Positions 49,658 to 59,930 are shown, counted from the stretch's first letter. The stretch: 64,000 nucleotides of DNA from Terriglobia bacterium (GCA_963761045.1 CAVXFR010000005.1:23359-87358); one strand, 5' to 3'. Numbers and translations are program-made. The notes: a model not told the origin generated them from the letters alone.

Positions 49658-51000
49658 GTTTGCATATGGTGTGGCCCATCTAGTGTAGCAGCAGGTTTAG
49701 GGGAGGTCCGCAAGGGCCTCACCAGCAGCGTGAGCAGGAAGCCCACGGCCAGCAATCCCGCCAGTACCTGGAGGGGTCCGTCATAGATATGGACGCGGCT
49801 CGCTCCGGGCGCCAGAGCCGCCTTGGCGCGGTTGGAAAGCTCGGTGATGATGACCGGTCCGGCGATAGCGGCGGCGCTCCAGGCGGTCAGCACCACGCCG
49901 TGAATCGCGCCGACGTTCTCGGGCCCGAAGATATCGGCCAGGAAGGCCGGAATGGTGGCGAATCCTCCGCCGTACATGCTGACCACTACGCACGTGCCGG
50001 CCAGGAACAGAGCCCACTGGCCGCGGCCCGCGATGCCGGGGATCAGGAGAAACAGCACGATCTGGACGGCAAAGAATGTTGTGTAGGTGTTGCGGCGTCC
50101 GATGTAATCGGAACTGGACGCCCAGAAGAATCGGCCGATCAGGTTGAAGATGCTGAGAAGCAGGACGAACGTGGCCGCCTGCTCCGGAGTCTCCTGGAAA
50201 ATATCCTGGACGATCGGGGAGGCCTGTGCCAGGATTCCGATGCCCGCCGTGACATTGATGAACAGGATGCCCCACAGCAGATAGAACTGCAGGGTCCGCA
50301 GGGAGGCATTGCGGGTGGAGCTGGTTTGCCGGGAGAGTTTCCCGGAGGGATTCCAGCCGGCCAGCTTCCATCCCTCCGGCGGACGGCGCAGAATGCGGGC
50401 GCCGATCATCATCACCACGAAGTAGATGACGCCCATCGTCATCACCGCGGCCGGGACGCCGAAGGAATCCATCAAATGGACGCTCAGCGGACTGGCGATG
50501 GCCGCGCCTCCGCCGAATCCCATGATCGCCATACCCGTGGCCATGCCGCGCCGGTCGGGGAACCACTTGATCAGCGTGCTCACGGGCGCGATGTAGCCCA
50601 GCCCGCAGCCCATCCCTCCGACGACACCCATGCCCAGGAACAGCAGGACGGACTGGTGAAGCGCCAGACCGATCCCGGCGATCAGGAACCCGCAACCGAA
50701 CAGCAGAGCCGCCGCGGTCGCCGCCGCGCGCGGTCCCCGGCGTTCGACCCAGGGGCCTCCGAACGCGGCGCTCAGTCCCAATAGAACCAGCGCGGTTGAG
50801 TAGGTGGTGTAGGGCGGTCGAAACCACTCCGGGGTGTTCGGCAGGAGAGCCAGGAAAGGGCGGTTGAAGGTGCTCCAGGCGTAGACCGATCCGATGCAGA
50901 CGTGCACGGCGACGGCGCCCACCGGGATCAGCCAGCGGTTCACAGTGCCGGGGACGGGATTCGCGGCCGGAGGGGCAGCGCCGGCTGGAGAGATAGCCAT
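49654..51000 (-). CDS. MFS transporter, OFA (oxalate/formate antiporter-like) family
   Basis: 448 aa, about 12 TM. N-terminal signature VHVCIGSVYAWSTFNRPF is typical of OFA-type MFS. Its stop overlaps the radical SAM start by 4 nt. Confidence 0.85.
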   Translation of the reverse strand: MAISPAGAAPPAANPVPGTVNRWLIPVGAVAVHVCIGSVYAWSTFNRPFLALLPNTPEWFRPPYTTYSTALVLLGLSAAFGGPWVERRGPRAAATAAALLFGCGFLIAGIGLALHQSVLLFLGMGVVGGMGCGLGYIAPVSTLIKWFPDRRGMATGMAIMGFGGGAAIASPLSVHLMDSFGVPAAVMTMGVIYFVVMMIGARILRRPPEGWKLAGWNPSGKLSRQTSSTRNASLRTLQFYLLWGILFINVTAGIGILAQASPIVQDIFQETPEQAATFVLLLSIFNLIGRFFWASSSDYIGRRNTYTTFFAVQIVLFLLIPGIAGRGQWALFLAGTCVVVSMYGGGFATIPAFLADIFGPENVGAIHGVVLTAWSAAAIAGPVIITELSNRAKAALAPGASRVHIYDGPLQVLAGLLAVGFLLTLLVRPLRTSPKPAATLDGPHHMQT

Positions 51001-51034
51001 CTCCAGATTCTATCGTTTCGATCAGAGGCTTGAG

Positions 51035-53209
51035 TTACGGCGCCTGTTTGAGCAAACGGGTGGCTTGTTCCACTTGGGCCGCCGCGGCGCCCAGGGATTC
51101 GGCTAATTTGCGCGTCTGCCGGTTGGCTTCATCCCACTGCTTGGCTTCCACGGCCTCGCGGACGCCGGGCAGGGTTTTGGCGGCGTAGCCGGTGAGGATT
51201 CCCGGCGCGTAGATCAGGTTCCGGTACCAATCGCGGCCAGGAAGCCCTTCCGGGGACAGCAGCGCGTGCTCGGCTTGGCGCATGGACTCGTCCACTTTAA
51301 CCAGTGCGTCTTTATCCAGTGCGTTGGAGGCCACCCTGCCGCGCTTGGTCCAGGCCGACAATTCCTGGTCGTAGGCTCTGGCCGCCATCGACAACCGCCC
51401 AAGATGCACGGAGAGGGGGCGCAGATCCACCTTGGTGGTTCCCGGCTTGGCCTTTCCGCGCGGCAGCTCTTTGCGAATCTCCTCCACCCACCGGGTCGCG
51501 TCGGCCGAGAGCGAGCTGAAGTCGAAGGGCAGCAGCGGGGCGTCCGCCAGGCGCAGGATGGAGGTGGTCATCACCTGGGTCAGCGCCTTGCCGAAAATCC
51601 TGTCCCCGTCGGAAAACTGCTCGTACCAGGCGGGGGTGTCGTAGATGGAATGATACACGCCGTCGCCCGCGCCGAATCCCAGGTTTAGGCTGGCGATGCC
51701 GGCGTGATCCAGGAACGCGACATAATCGGAGCCCGATCCCAGAGACTCCACGTGAAATCCGCGGTCCCGAGGTCCGCGGGCAGGCCGGGACGCTCCCGTG
51801 GTTGCCGCAGCGGTCCGGCGCTCGCGCGAGGCCTCCAGCAGGCTCTTGGATGTCGCCGGATCCTGCACGTCGCGCAGCACCTCGGCGAGAAAGGGTTCGA
51901 GCGATGCCGATCCCCCCGCGACCAGCGCGCCGCGGCCGGTGGAATCGGAATTAAGGTAGACCATGCCCGTGCGCTCCAACTCGTCCATGTGTTTTTCGAC
52001 CCATTCGGTGGAGCCCAGAAGGCCGTACTCTTCTCCGTCCCACAGCGCCAGCAGGACGGTACGCCGGGGCTGCCAGCCTTGTTTCCGCAGCTCGGAGAGG
52101 GTGCGGGCCGTTTCGAGCAGCACCGAAGCGCCGCTGACCGGATCGCTGGCGCCATTGACCCACGCGTCGTGGTGATTTCCGTACATGATCCACTGGTCTT
52201 TGGCGCTGGAGCCGGGAATGGTCGCGATCACGTTGTACAGCGGCCGCGTGGACCAGTCGAAATCGACTTCGAGATGCACCGTCGCTGGACCTGGACCGGC
52301 ATGGTAAGTCAGTGGAAGAGCCCCCCGCCAGGACTCCGGCACCACCTGCCCGCCCAGTTGCTCGAGCAGCGGCAGCGCATCCGCCCAGGAGATCGGCAGC
52401 ACGGGGATCTTGAGCAGGGTCTTGGCCTCGTCCCGGTCCAGGCGCTTGGAGCCAGGTTCGGACGCCCATCCGGGCGAAAGCGGATCGCCGGGATAGATCG
52501 CCATATCCATCACGCTGCCGCGCTGCACGCCGCCGGACGGGCGCATAGGGCCCTTCGGGTAGACGTCGTTCTGAAAGAAACCGTCCTCGCGGGGATCGGA
52601 ATAGATCAGGCATCCGACCGCTCCGTTGTCCTGCGCCAGCTTGGGCTTCAGTCCGCGCCAGCTTCGCCCATAACGCGCGATCACGATCTTGCCTTTGACG
52701 TCGATGCCCTGTTTCCGGAGGTACTCGAAATCCTCCGGCAGCCCGTAGTTCACGTAGACCAGCGGCGCGGTTACGTCTCCGGATGCCCCGTAGGCGTTGA
52801 AGGTGGGGAGCTGGCCTTCCTGGCTCGTGCTGGGGTCTTCCGGAATCGGCGGCTCGGCGAGCTTGGCCCGAAAACGCACCGGCGCGGTCATTTCGAGCGT
52901 ACGCGTGGTGGGATACGGAATCAGAGCCTCTAAGGTTTCGATGCGTGTGTCCAGCCCCCATTCGGTGAGTTGCGCGGAGAGGTATTCGGCCACCGCCTTC
53001 GATCCGGGCGAACCGGCGTGATGGGGCTTGTCCGCGATGCGGTCCATGTAGATGCGCAGGCGCTCCTGCTGCGGGATGGCTTTGGCTTGCTCCTCGCGCT
53101 CGTGCTCGGCTTTCCATTGCTGGGGAGGAAAGCCGCGAATCGGCGCGGCCGCGGGCGCCTGGGCGTATGCGGTCAGGGCCAGACTAAAGAGAAAAAATCG
53201 GAGCGTCAT
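51035..53209 (-). CDS. M28-family metallopeptidase, glutamate carboxypeptidase II/transferrin-receptor-like (PA domain plus dimerisation domain)
   Basis: 724 aa with a signal peptide. NHHDAW, WDGEEYGLLGSTEWVE (zinc ligand block) and a C-terminal TFR-dimer-like helical region. Confidence 0.85.
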   Translation of the reverse strand: MTLRFFLFSLALTAYAQAPAAAPIRGFPPQQWKAEHEREEQAKAIPQQERLRIYMDRIADKPHHAGSPGSKAVAEYLSAQLTEWGLDTRIETLEALIPYPTTRTLEMTAPVRFRAKLAEPPIPEDPSTSQEGQLPTFNAYGASGDVTAPLVYVNYGLPEDFEYLRKQGIDVKGKIVIARYGRSWRGLKPKLAQDNGAVGCLIYSDPREDGFFQNDVYPKGPMRPSGGVQRGSVMDMAIYPGDPLSPGWASEPGSKRLDRDEAKTLLKIPVLPISWADALPLLEQLGGQVVPESWRGALPLTYHAGPGPATVHLEVDFDWSTRPLYNVIATIPGSSAKDQWIMYGNHHDAWVNGASDPVSGASVLLETARTLSELRKQGWQPRRTVLLALWDGEEYGLLGSTEWVEKHMDELERTGMVYLNSDSTGRGALVAGGSASLEPFLAEVLRDVQDPATSKSLLEASRERRTAAATTGASRPARGPRDRGFHVESLGSGSDYVAFLDHAGIASLNLGFGAGDGVYHSIYDTPAWYEQFSDGDRIFGKALTQVMTTSILRLADAPLLPFDFSSLSADATRWVEEIRKELPRGKAKPGTTKVDLRPLSVHLGRLSMAARAYDQELSAWTKRGRVASNALDKDALVKVDESMRQAEHALLSPEGLPGRDWYRNLIYAPGILTGYAAKTLPGVREAVEAKQWDEANRQTRKLAESLGAAAAQVEQATRLLKQAP

Positions 53210-55086
53210 GCTTTCGAGCGCGTTTTTAGAAATGCCAGAAACTCCTTGGTGTCACGGGTGTAGCCGCTGGTGGCCAGCACGTTCTCATTGCCGTCGAGCA
53301 GAATGAATAAGGGCGTGGACACGCTGGCGAATTTCGTGTCCTCGAGCTTGGCATTCTCTTCGGATGCCGCATCCGTGCCGTCGGTATAGAGCTCCACCAG
53401 GACCAAATCTTTCGCAACATCGGCGATCTCCGGCTGCGGGAACATGTTGGCCTTCATCCAATGGCAGTTGGTGCAGGCGTAGCCGGTGAAGGTGACCAGG
53501 ACCAGCTTGTTTTCCTGCGCGGCCGCGGTCGAGCGCGGCTTGGTAGTCATTCTTCATCCATTGGAGGCCGCTCGCAGTGGTGCTGCTTCCACTGACCCCA
53601 CCGGTGGCCGCGGGGACGTAGGCATCCAGTTCTCCCAGTGGCGCGCCGAACATTCCCGGCAGCAGGCTGACCGCGAATATCAGGAACAGAGCGGCGATGG
53701 AGAGCCGTCCGATCCCGAGCTTGTCTTCGGCTTCGATCCCTTCCAGCCGCAGCAGCCCCAGCAGGTACAGGCCGGCCATGGCGAAAAGCACGAACCACGC
53801 CGCCAGGAAGCGTTCGCGCGTCAGCAGGTTGGACTGTAACACCTGATCGATATTGCTCAGGTACTTGAGCATGACCGCGAGCAGAACAAACCCCATCACC
53901 ACCTTCACACGGGCCATCCAACCGCCGCTTTTGGGGAGCTTCTTCAAGTACGAAGGGAACGCCGCCAGGAAGAAGAACGGCGAGGCGAGTCCGGTCGCAA
54001 ACGCGGCCATCCCCACCACGGGTTGCGCGCCCTGCGCCTGTACCGACGACGCCAGCAGCGGTCCCACGAAGGGTCCCACGCAGGCGAACGAGGTCAGCGA
54101 AAACGTCAGCCCCATGAGCAGCGTGCCGAAGGTAGCCGCCGCGGCGCGATGCGCTGTCGAGCTTGGTCAGCAGGCCCGAGGGCAGGGTAATCTCAAACGC
54201 CCCCAGCAGGCTGAGCGCGAAGATGCCGAACACTCCTGCAATAAACGCATTTACCCAGGGATTTCCGCCCAGCTGCGCGATCCCGACCGGTCCGGCGAGC
54301 GCGGTCACGCCCAATCCCAGCGCGCAGAACAGCACCACGATGCCGAGCGAAAACACCAGCGCCTGCACGAGCCCCCCGCGCTGGTTCAGGAAAAACGAGA
54401 CCGTGATGGGGATCATCGGGAAGACGCACGGCGTGAAGATCGCGGCGAGGCCGAATCCGAATGCCGTGAGCGCGAAGGCCGCCAGGCTTTGGGAGGCAAC
54501 CGGCGCCGCCGGAGCCGGAGACGGCGGATTGAGCACCGCTGCCACATTCGATAGCCGCGCCGGGCTTCACTTCGATGTATCCCGCCGGAACCTTAAACTC
54601 CTCGATCGCCGGCGCAAACGATGCCGCCGTCAGTTTGAACGCGGCGGTCTTGGTCTTCGGATTCAGGCACTGCTTGTCGTCGCAGACGCGGTAGCGGATC
54701 TGGGCCGTCAGCTCGACGGGGCCGGCGGCGTCTTTCTTGAGGGTCGCCGGGATCCAGAACTCGGCCTGGTTCGAGTAGGTCTCGACCACTTCCTGGAGGT
54801 TCGGATCCATGGCTCGAACCGGCGGCGGCTGGTAGACGGTGTAGGATTCGACGGAGGGATTTTCCGTCAAAGTCATCTTGGTGGGATAGAGATCCTTGGG
54901 GATGGTCAGCGAATACAGATGCCAGCCGGGCTCGATCCTGGCGGTCAGGCGCAGGGGGATCGTGGCGCCCGGTTTCGCGACTTCCGCGGTCGAAGTCATG
55001 GACCACTGGACGGGGTCCAGGCGCGTTTGCGCGAAGGCGCACGCCGCCGCCCACGCAGCCAGGCCGGCAATTCGAAAAACGTTCAT
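53206..55086 (-). pseudogene. dsbD: DsbD-like thiol:disulfide interchange protein (N-terminal DsbD-alpha-like, CcdA-type membrane core, C-terminal thioredoxin), three apparent +1 frameshifts
   Basis: Segments in order: ORF 54193-55086 (signal, RYRVCDDKQCLNP); ORF 53547-54545 (FTPCVFPMIPITVSFF); ORF 53285-54115 (LTSFACVGPF); ORF 53206-53550 (thioredoxin VLVTFTGYACTNCHW). The conserved sequence runs on across each junction. Confidence 0.8.
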
Positions 55087-56105
55087 TGCGCTGCTACTTT
55101 AGACGAAGCAGTACGGTCTAATTCTTCCTCTATTTTCTCATTTACGCGGCCCTGCGCGAATTCGGCCGCCACGCGGATGGCGTTCTTGACGGCATTGGCG
55201 TTGGAACGCCCGTGGCAGATGGTCGAGACGCCCTTTACGCCCAGCAGCGGTGCGCCGCCGTATTCGGAATAATCCAGGCGCTTTTTGAACTCGCGGTAAG
55301 CCTCGCGCGAGAGCAGCGAGCCGAGTTTCCGGGTCATGGTGGCGCTGAGCGATTCGCGCAGCATCCCGACGAACATGTCCACCAGCCCCTCGCTGACCTT
55401 GAGCGCCACGTTCCCGATGAAGCCGTCGCACACCACCACGTCGGCGATGCCGCTGAAGATGTCGCGGCCCTCGACATTGCCGATGAAGTTGATGGGGAGA
55501 GTTTTCAGCAGGGGCAGCGATGCGCGAGTGAGGTCGTTGCCTTTGTGTTCTTCTTCGCCGATCGAAAGCAGCCCGACCCGGGGGCTGGAATTGTGAAAGA
55601 TGGTGCGCGAGTAGATCTCGCCCATCACGGCGAACTGCGCCAGCATCTCCGGCTTGCAATCGACGTTGGCGCCGACGTCCAGCAGCACCACCGGGGATCC
55701 GGTGAGCGAAGGAAGCGCCCCCGCCAGCGCCGGCCGCGTCACGCCGCGGATCACGCCCTGGACGATCTTGGCGGTGGCCATCACCGCGCCGGTGTTGCCC
55801 GCCGATACGACACCCTGGGCGATCCCATCGCGAACCAGGCGGCAGGCGACGCGAATCGAGGAGTCCTTCTTGGCTCGAACGGCCTTCGCCGCCGAGTCCT
55901 CCATGGTGATGAACTCGCTGGCGTGATGGACTTCGATGGGCAATCCGGCCGCCCGCGGATGCAGGGCCAGCTCGGCGCGAATGACGTTCTCCAGACCGAC
56001 CAGAATTACGCCGATCTGAAGCTCTTCGGCGGCCCGAATCGCTCCTTCCACCTCGCGTTTAGGGGCGTGGTCGCCCCCCATGGCGTCGACCGCGATCGTC
56101 AGCAT
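55083..56105 (-). CDS. plsX: Phosphate acyltransferase PlsX
   Basis: 340 aa. [16 protein letters not shown]..., [13 protein letters not shown] and [11 protein letters not shown] are canonical PlsX blocks. It follows rpmF as in many bacteria. Confidence 0.9.
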   Translation of the reverse strand: MLTIAVDAMGGDHAPKREVEGAIRAAEELQIGVILVGLENVIRAELALHPRAAGLPIEVHHASEFITMEDSAAKAVRAKKDSSIRVACRLVRDGIAQGVVSAGNTGAVMATAKIVQGVIRGVTRPALAGALPSLTGSPVVLLDVGANVDCKPEMLAQFAVMGEIYSRTIFHNSSPRVGLLSIGEEEHKGNDLTRASLPLLKTLPINFIGNVEGRDIFSGIADVVVCDGFIGNVALKVSEGLVDMFVGMLRESLSATMTRKLGSLLSREAYREFKKRLDYSEYGGAPLLGVKGVSTICHGRSNANAVKNAIRVAAEFAQGRVNEKIEEELDRTASSKVAAQ

Positions 56106-56121
56106 GGACGAACTCGTCGGA

Positions 56122-56304
56122 CTACTCCTCGGCCACCTCGATCACTTCGCGGCCCTTGTACTTTCCGCAGTGCGGGCAAACCCGATGCGGCAACTTGGGC
56201 TCGTGGCAGTTGGGGCACTGGGCCATCACGGTGCGGCGCAGGGAATCGTGCGTCCGCCGGGCGGAGGTCCGCCGCTTGGAATGTCGTCGTTTCGGATTCG
56301 GCAT
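56122..56304 (-). CDS. rpmF: 50S ribosomal protein L32
   Basis: [22 protein letters not shown]...[25 protein letters not shown], 60 aa. Confidence 0.95.
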   Translation of the reverse strand: MPNPKRRHSKRRTSARRTHDSLRRTVMAQCPNCHEPKLPHRVCPHCGKYKGREVIEVAEE

Positions 56305-56305
56305 T

Positions 56306-56827
56306 TTACTTTCTCAGCTCCTTGAGCGCTGCCCACCGGTCGTCACTCGCCGTCGTTTGGCAGCGGCACTCTTTCTGATTGCGATTCTGCCCGCACACCG
56401 GACAGATTCCTTTGCAATTCTCGTTACACAACTTCCGCATGGGGAGAGCTAACAATACGAACTCCCGCAGCACGTCGTTCAACTCCAGGCCGTCGCCCTC
56501 GTAGAAGCCCATCTCCGCCTCACTGGCGTCGATGGCCTTCTCTTCGCCATAGCCTTCGGCTATGGGACGGTAGTACAGCTCAAAACTGGAATCCACCGGA
56601 AACGCGGCCGGCTCCAGGCACCGGTCGCACTCGGCTTGCATGCGAACCCGGACCTGACCCTTCACCCGGATCTCGCCGAGCGAACCCGTGACCAGCTCCA
56701 CCTGGCCGGACGCCTGCAGCGGTTCTGCTTGCTTCAGCTTCGGATCCAGGAACTCAATGCTTCCGGCGGGAAGCTCCACGTCGAAACGGGCGGGTTTTAG
56801 CTCCAGGTCTCGAACATGGAAAAACAC
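56306..56827 (-). CDS. yceD: YceD/DUF177 family protein (large ribosomal RNA subunit accumulation protein-like)
   Basis: Conserved position just upstream of rpmF. Characteristic CDRCLEP...and C-terminal CNENCKGICPVCGQNRN...C zinc-ribbon-like motif. GTG start at 56827, or alternatively 56842. The listed 267-aa ORF has a spurious N-terminus. Confidence 0.8.
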   Translation of the reverse strand: MFFHVRDLELKPARFDVELPAGSIEFLDPKLKQAEPLQASGQVELVTGSLGEIRVKGQVRVRMQAECDRCLEPAAFPVDSSFELYYRPIAEGYGEEKAIDASEAEMGFYEGDGLELNDVLREFVLLALPMRKLCNENCKGICPVCGQNRNQKECRCQTTASDDRWAALKELRK

Positions 56828-56930
56828 GGCTGACTCCTGCACTCGCCGGACGAAACCGGCCCGAATTCGCCAAAAACTAAGTATATCAAGCCCTTCTGGA
56901 TTTTGCCGGGGTTTGCTACAGTGGGATCGA

Positions 56931-57773
56931 ATGGTAGTTGAAATTGAAGGAGTTGCGCTGCATCTGGCGCATCCGGACGAGCTTCCCATCCGCTGGGTAG
57001 GCCAGGAAGAGGTTATGCGCCAGCTGCTGGCCGCCTGGCTGGTGGTGGATCCCCAGGATCTGCCCATGAACCCGCGGCTGCTGGGCAAGCCCGGGGTGGG
57101 GAAGACCACGCTGGCCTACGCCGCCGCCAAACGGTTGGAGCGGGAAGTGTACATCATGCAGGCGACGGTCGATACGCGGCCGGAGGATTTGCTGGTCACG
57201 CCGGTGATCGAGGGCGAAGCGCGCCTGCGCTACGTGGCGTCCCCATTGGTCACTGCGATGCTAAGGGGCGGCATCGTCATTCTGGACGAAGGCAACCGTA
57301 TGAGCGAGAAGAGCTGGGCGAGTCTGGCCCCTCTGCTCGATACGCGCCGCTACGTGGAATCGATTGTCGCCGGGATCAAGATCAAGGCGCACCCGCTGTT
57401 CCGGCTGGTGGCGACCATGAACGACGACGCCAGCACCTTCGATCTTCCGGAATACATCCACTCGCGTCTCCAACCCCAGATCCTGATCGATTTTCCGGAG
57501 CGCGATGAGGAACTGGCCATCCTGCACGAAAATCTTCCGTTCGGCGACAGCCAGATTCTGACCTACGTCACCGATTTCCTCCAGCGTGCGCACGCCGCCG
57601 ACGAACGCTATACCGCCCGCGACGGAATCAATATCGCGCGGTTTGCCATGAAGCTCGCCTTCGAGTCGAATGGGTCACATCAGGGAACCATGCGAGCCGA
57701 CTCGGACATGTTGCGGATCGCCATTGTGCAGACTCTTGGAGAAGAGGCCCTGCGCTATGTCACTCGAAACTGA
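56931..57773 (+). CDS. AAA+ ATPase, MoxR/CbbQ/NorQ (AAA_5) type, single module
   Basis: ATG at 56931 (MVVEIEGVALHL...), 280 aa. Walker A LLGKPGVGKTTLA, Walker B GGIVILDEGNRM, and sensor region LVATMNDD. Confidence 0.8.
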   Translation: MVVEIEGVALHLAHPDELPIRWVGQEEVMRQLLAAWLVVDPQDLPMNPRLLGKPGVGKTTLAYAAAKRLEREVYIMQATVDTRPEDLLVTPVIEGEARLRYVASPLVTAMLRGGIVILDEGNRMSEKSWASLAPLLDTRRYVESIVAGIKIKAHPLFRLVATMNDDASTFDLPEYIHSRLQPQILIDFPERDEELAILHENLPFGDSQILTYVTDFLQRAHAADERYTARDGINIARFAMKLAFESNGSHQGTMRADSDMLRIAIVQTLGEEALRYVTRN

Positions 57774-59595
57774 CATCAAGCTCGGAAGCCTGGAGCGCGG
57801 CAAGATCCGGTATTTTCCGGTGGTGCCCGGCCGCGTGGAGTTCGCCGCGGCGCTCCGCCGCCTTCTGCTGGCCGAAAAACCACAGATCGTCGCGGTGGAG
57901 CTGCCTGGATTCCTGGAGCGGGCCTACCGGCGCGCGCTCGAGCGGCTGCCGGAAATGTCGGTGATCCTGTGCACTTCTTCCACCAGCGACTCCGATGACG
58001 AAGACGATCGGCCCGTCTACGTTCCGGTGGAACCGGCCGATCCGTTCACCGAGGCGCTGCGCACGGCCGAGGAGATCGGGGCCGAGGTCCTTTTTCTCGA
58101 ACCCGACACCCAGGAGCGCCCGCATCTGCCCGATACCTGCCCGGATACCTACGCGGTGCAGCGGATCGGCTTGGATCCCTACATCGAAGGGTATCGGGTG
58201 TGGCCGCAGCCTCGCACGGAGGAAGTGACGGCGCACGCCTCGGCCATGGCCTGGAAGCTGCAAGGGGCGGATCCCGATGCGCGTACGCTGGTCGTGGTTT
58301 CCTTGAACTTGCTCGATCCGCTTCTGGACGCGATGGAGACGCCGCAGGAAGCGCCGTCGCGAAGGCTGCTCCGGCCCGATACGCAGCTGCTCAATCCGCA
58401 TCCGGAAAGCCTGGCCGAGATCACCATCGAGTATCCATATCTCCAGGAACGCTACGAATTCTTCCGGCTGGATCTGGAGGACGAAGCTCGTCTCGATAAA
58501 CCGCGAGTCCAGTACGATCTGCTGCGGGAAGCGGAAACCAAGTACACCGAATCCACCGGAGACAAGGTGTCCCACTGGCAGAGGCGCATGATCGCACGCT
58601 ACACCCGCAATCTGTCGCACATCAGCGGCGATCTGGTCTCCAACGCCTACGATCTGGCCGTGGCCGCGCGCTCGGTCGTCGACGATAACTACGGCTGGGA
58701 AGTGTGGCAGATGGCCAACCGCTATCTGGCGCAACAGGAGTTCTCCACTCTCGAGACCGTCCGGCTCAGCGCGGGGGAGATCTGGCTGAACACCAAGCGG
58801 CTGCGCATCCGGCGGCGGCTGCCGCGTCCCAAGCAGCGGATAAAGCCCGCCGGACTCAAGCCCCGCAAGAAAGAGAAGGTTCCCGGCGAGTGGGCCAAGC
58901 AGACCACCGGCGACGCCATCTGCTCCTATCCGCCCGAAGATCTGGTGATCGAAGACTACGGCCGGTTTCTCAAGAAGAAGGCCAAGGCGCTCCTATCGGA
59001 GGAGCGCGTGCGCGTCGAGCCGTTCACCACTTCCATTCTGGACGGCATCGATATCCGCGAAACCATCCGCAACTGGCATCAGCGGAAGATCTATGTTCGC
59101 CAGGCCGACCGGCTGGCGGGTGAGGTTGGCTCGGTCGTGGTCGTGTTCGACGAGGACCTGGACGACCGCTATCAGTACCTGACCACCTGGCTGGGCGAGC
59201 ACCAGAACGAGTCCGACATGGCGTTCTATTCGACGCACCCCTTCGACAACATCGTGGGCCCGGGGATCGGCCGGGCGGAGTACGGCGGGTTGCTGATGAC
59301 TCTGCCGCCGCGGCGATTGTTCGACGTGTGGTCGGATAGCGACTACGATTTCGCGGAATCCAAGCCCGAGCGTTTATTGCTGGCCGCGCTGGACTATTCG
59401 ACCGAGCGGTTTGTGGTGTACGTGGCGTCCAAGCCGCCCCGGTCGGTGTTTCGCTCGATCGCGGCGCATTTGAACCGCAAGATCCTGTACGTGCCCATCG
59501 GGCAGCTCTCGCCCACCAAGCTCAAGAAGCTGCGCGTGGTGCACGTGCTCGATAGCTACGAGCGTCGCGAAGAAGCCAAAGACTACCTGTGGTGA
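57757..59595 (+). CDS. Large uncharacterised protein (612 aa) translationally overlapped with the AAA+ ATPase gene
   Basis: ATG at 57757 (MSLETDIKLGSLERGKIRYFPVVPGR...) overlaps the upstream stop by 17 nt. No TM segment, signal peptide or motif I can name. Confidence 0.7.
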   Translation: MSLETDIKLGSLERGKIRYFPVVPGRVEFAAALRRLLLAEKPQIVAVELPGFLERAYRRALERLPEMSVILCTSSTSDSDDEDDRPVYVPVEPADPFTEALRTAEEIGAEVLFLEPDTQERPHLPDTCPDTYAVQRIGLDPYIEGYRVWPQPRTEEVTAHASAMAWKLQGADPDARTLVVVSLNLLDPLLDAMETPQEAPSRRLLRPDTQLLNPHPESLAEITIEYPYLQERYEFFRLDLEDEARLDKPRVQYDLLREAETKYTESTGDKVSHWQRRMIARYTRNLSHISGDLVSNAYDLAVAARSVVDDNYGWEVWQMANRYLAQQEFSTLETVRLSAGEIWLNTKRLRIRRRLPRPKQRIKPAGLKPRKKEKVPGEWAKQTTGDAICSYPPEDLVIEDYGRFLKKKAKALLSEERVRVEPFTTSILDGIDIRETIRNWHQRKIYVRQADRLAGEVGSVVVVFDEDLDDRYQYLTTWLGEHQNESDMAFYSTHPFDNIVGPGIGRAEYGGLLMTLPPRRLFDVWSDSDYDFAESKPERLLLAALDYSTERFVVYVASKPPRSVFRSIAAHLNRKILYVPIGQLSPTKLKKLRVVHVLDSYERREEAKDYLW

Positions 59596-59660
59596 CGCTG
59601 CATGAGAGTAGTCGTTTGACGATTCCGCCGGTAATGGCCGGATGCAGATAAAATAGATCC

Positions 59661-59930
59661 GTGCCGGAGCTGAGCCGGTTCTTCGGGATCATTATTCGCA
59701 TGTTCGCTGAAGCAAGCTCGCCGCATCACGCCCCGCATTTCCATGCATACTACCAAGACGACGTCGGAATCTTCGGAATCGACCCCGTCGAGTTGATCGC
59801 CGGTTCTCTCCCCAGGAGACAGAGACGCTTGGTGGAAGCATGGGCGGAACTGCATCAGGGTGAGCTGAGATTGGATTGGCAGCGGTTGCAGGAAGGCGAC
59901 CGTCCGAATTCGATTGAACCGCTAAAATAG
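59661..59930 (+). CDS. DUF4160 domain protein
   Basis: (M)PELSRFFGIIIRMFAEASSPHHAPHFHAYYQDDVGIFGI matches the DUF4160 signature (F.G..I..Y....HHPPHFH..Y). 89 aa, GTG start. Confidence 0.8.
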   Translation: MPELSRFFGIIIRMFAEASSPHHAPHFHAYYQDDVGIFGIDPVELIAGSLPRRQRRLVEAWAELHQGELRLDWQRLQEGDRPNSIEPLK

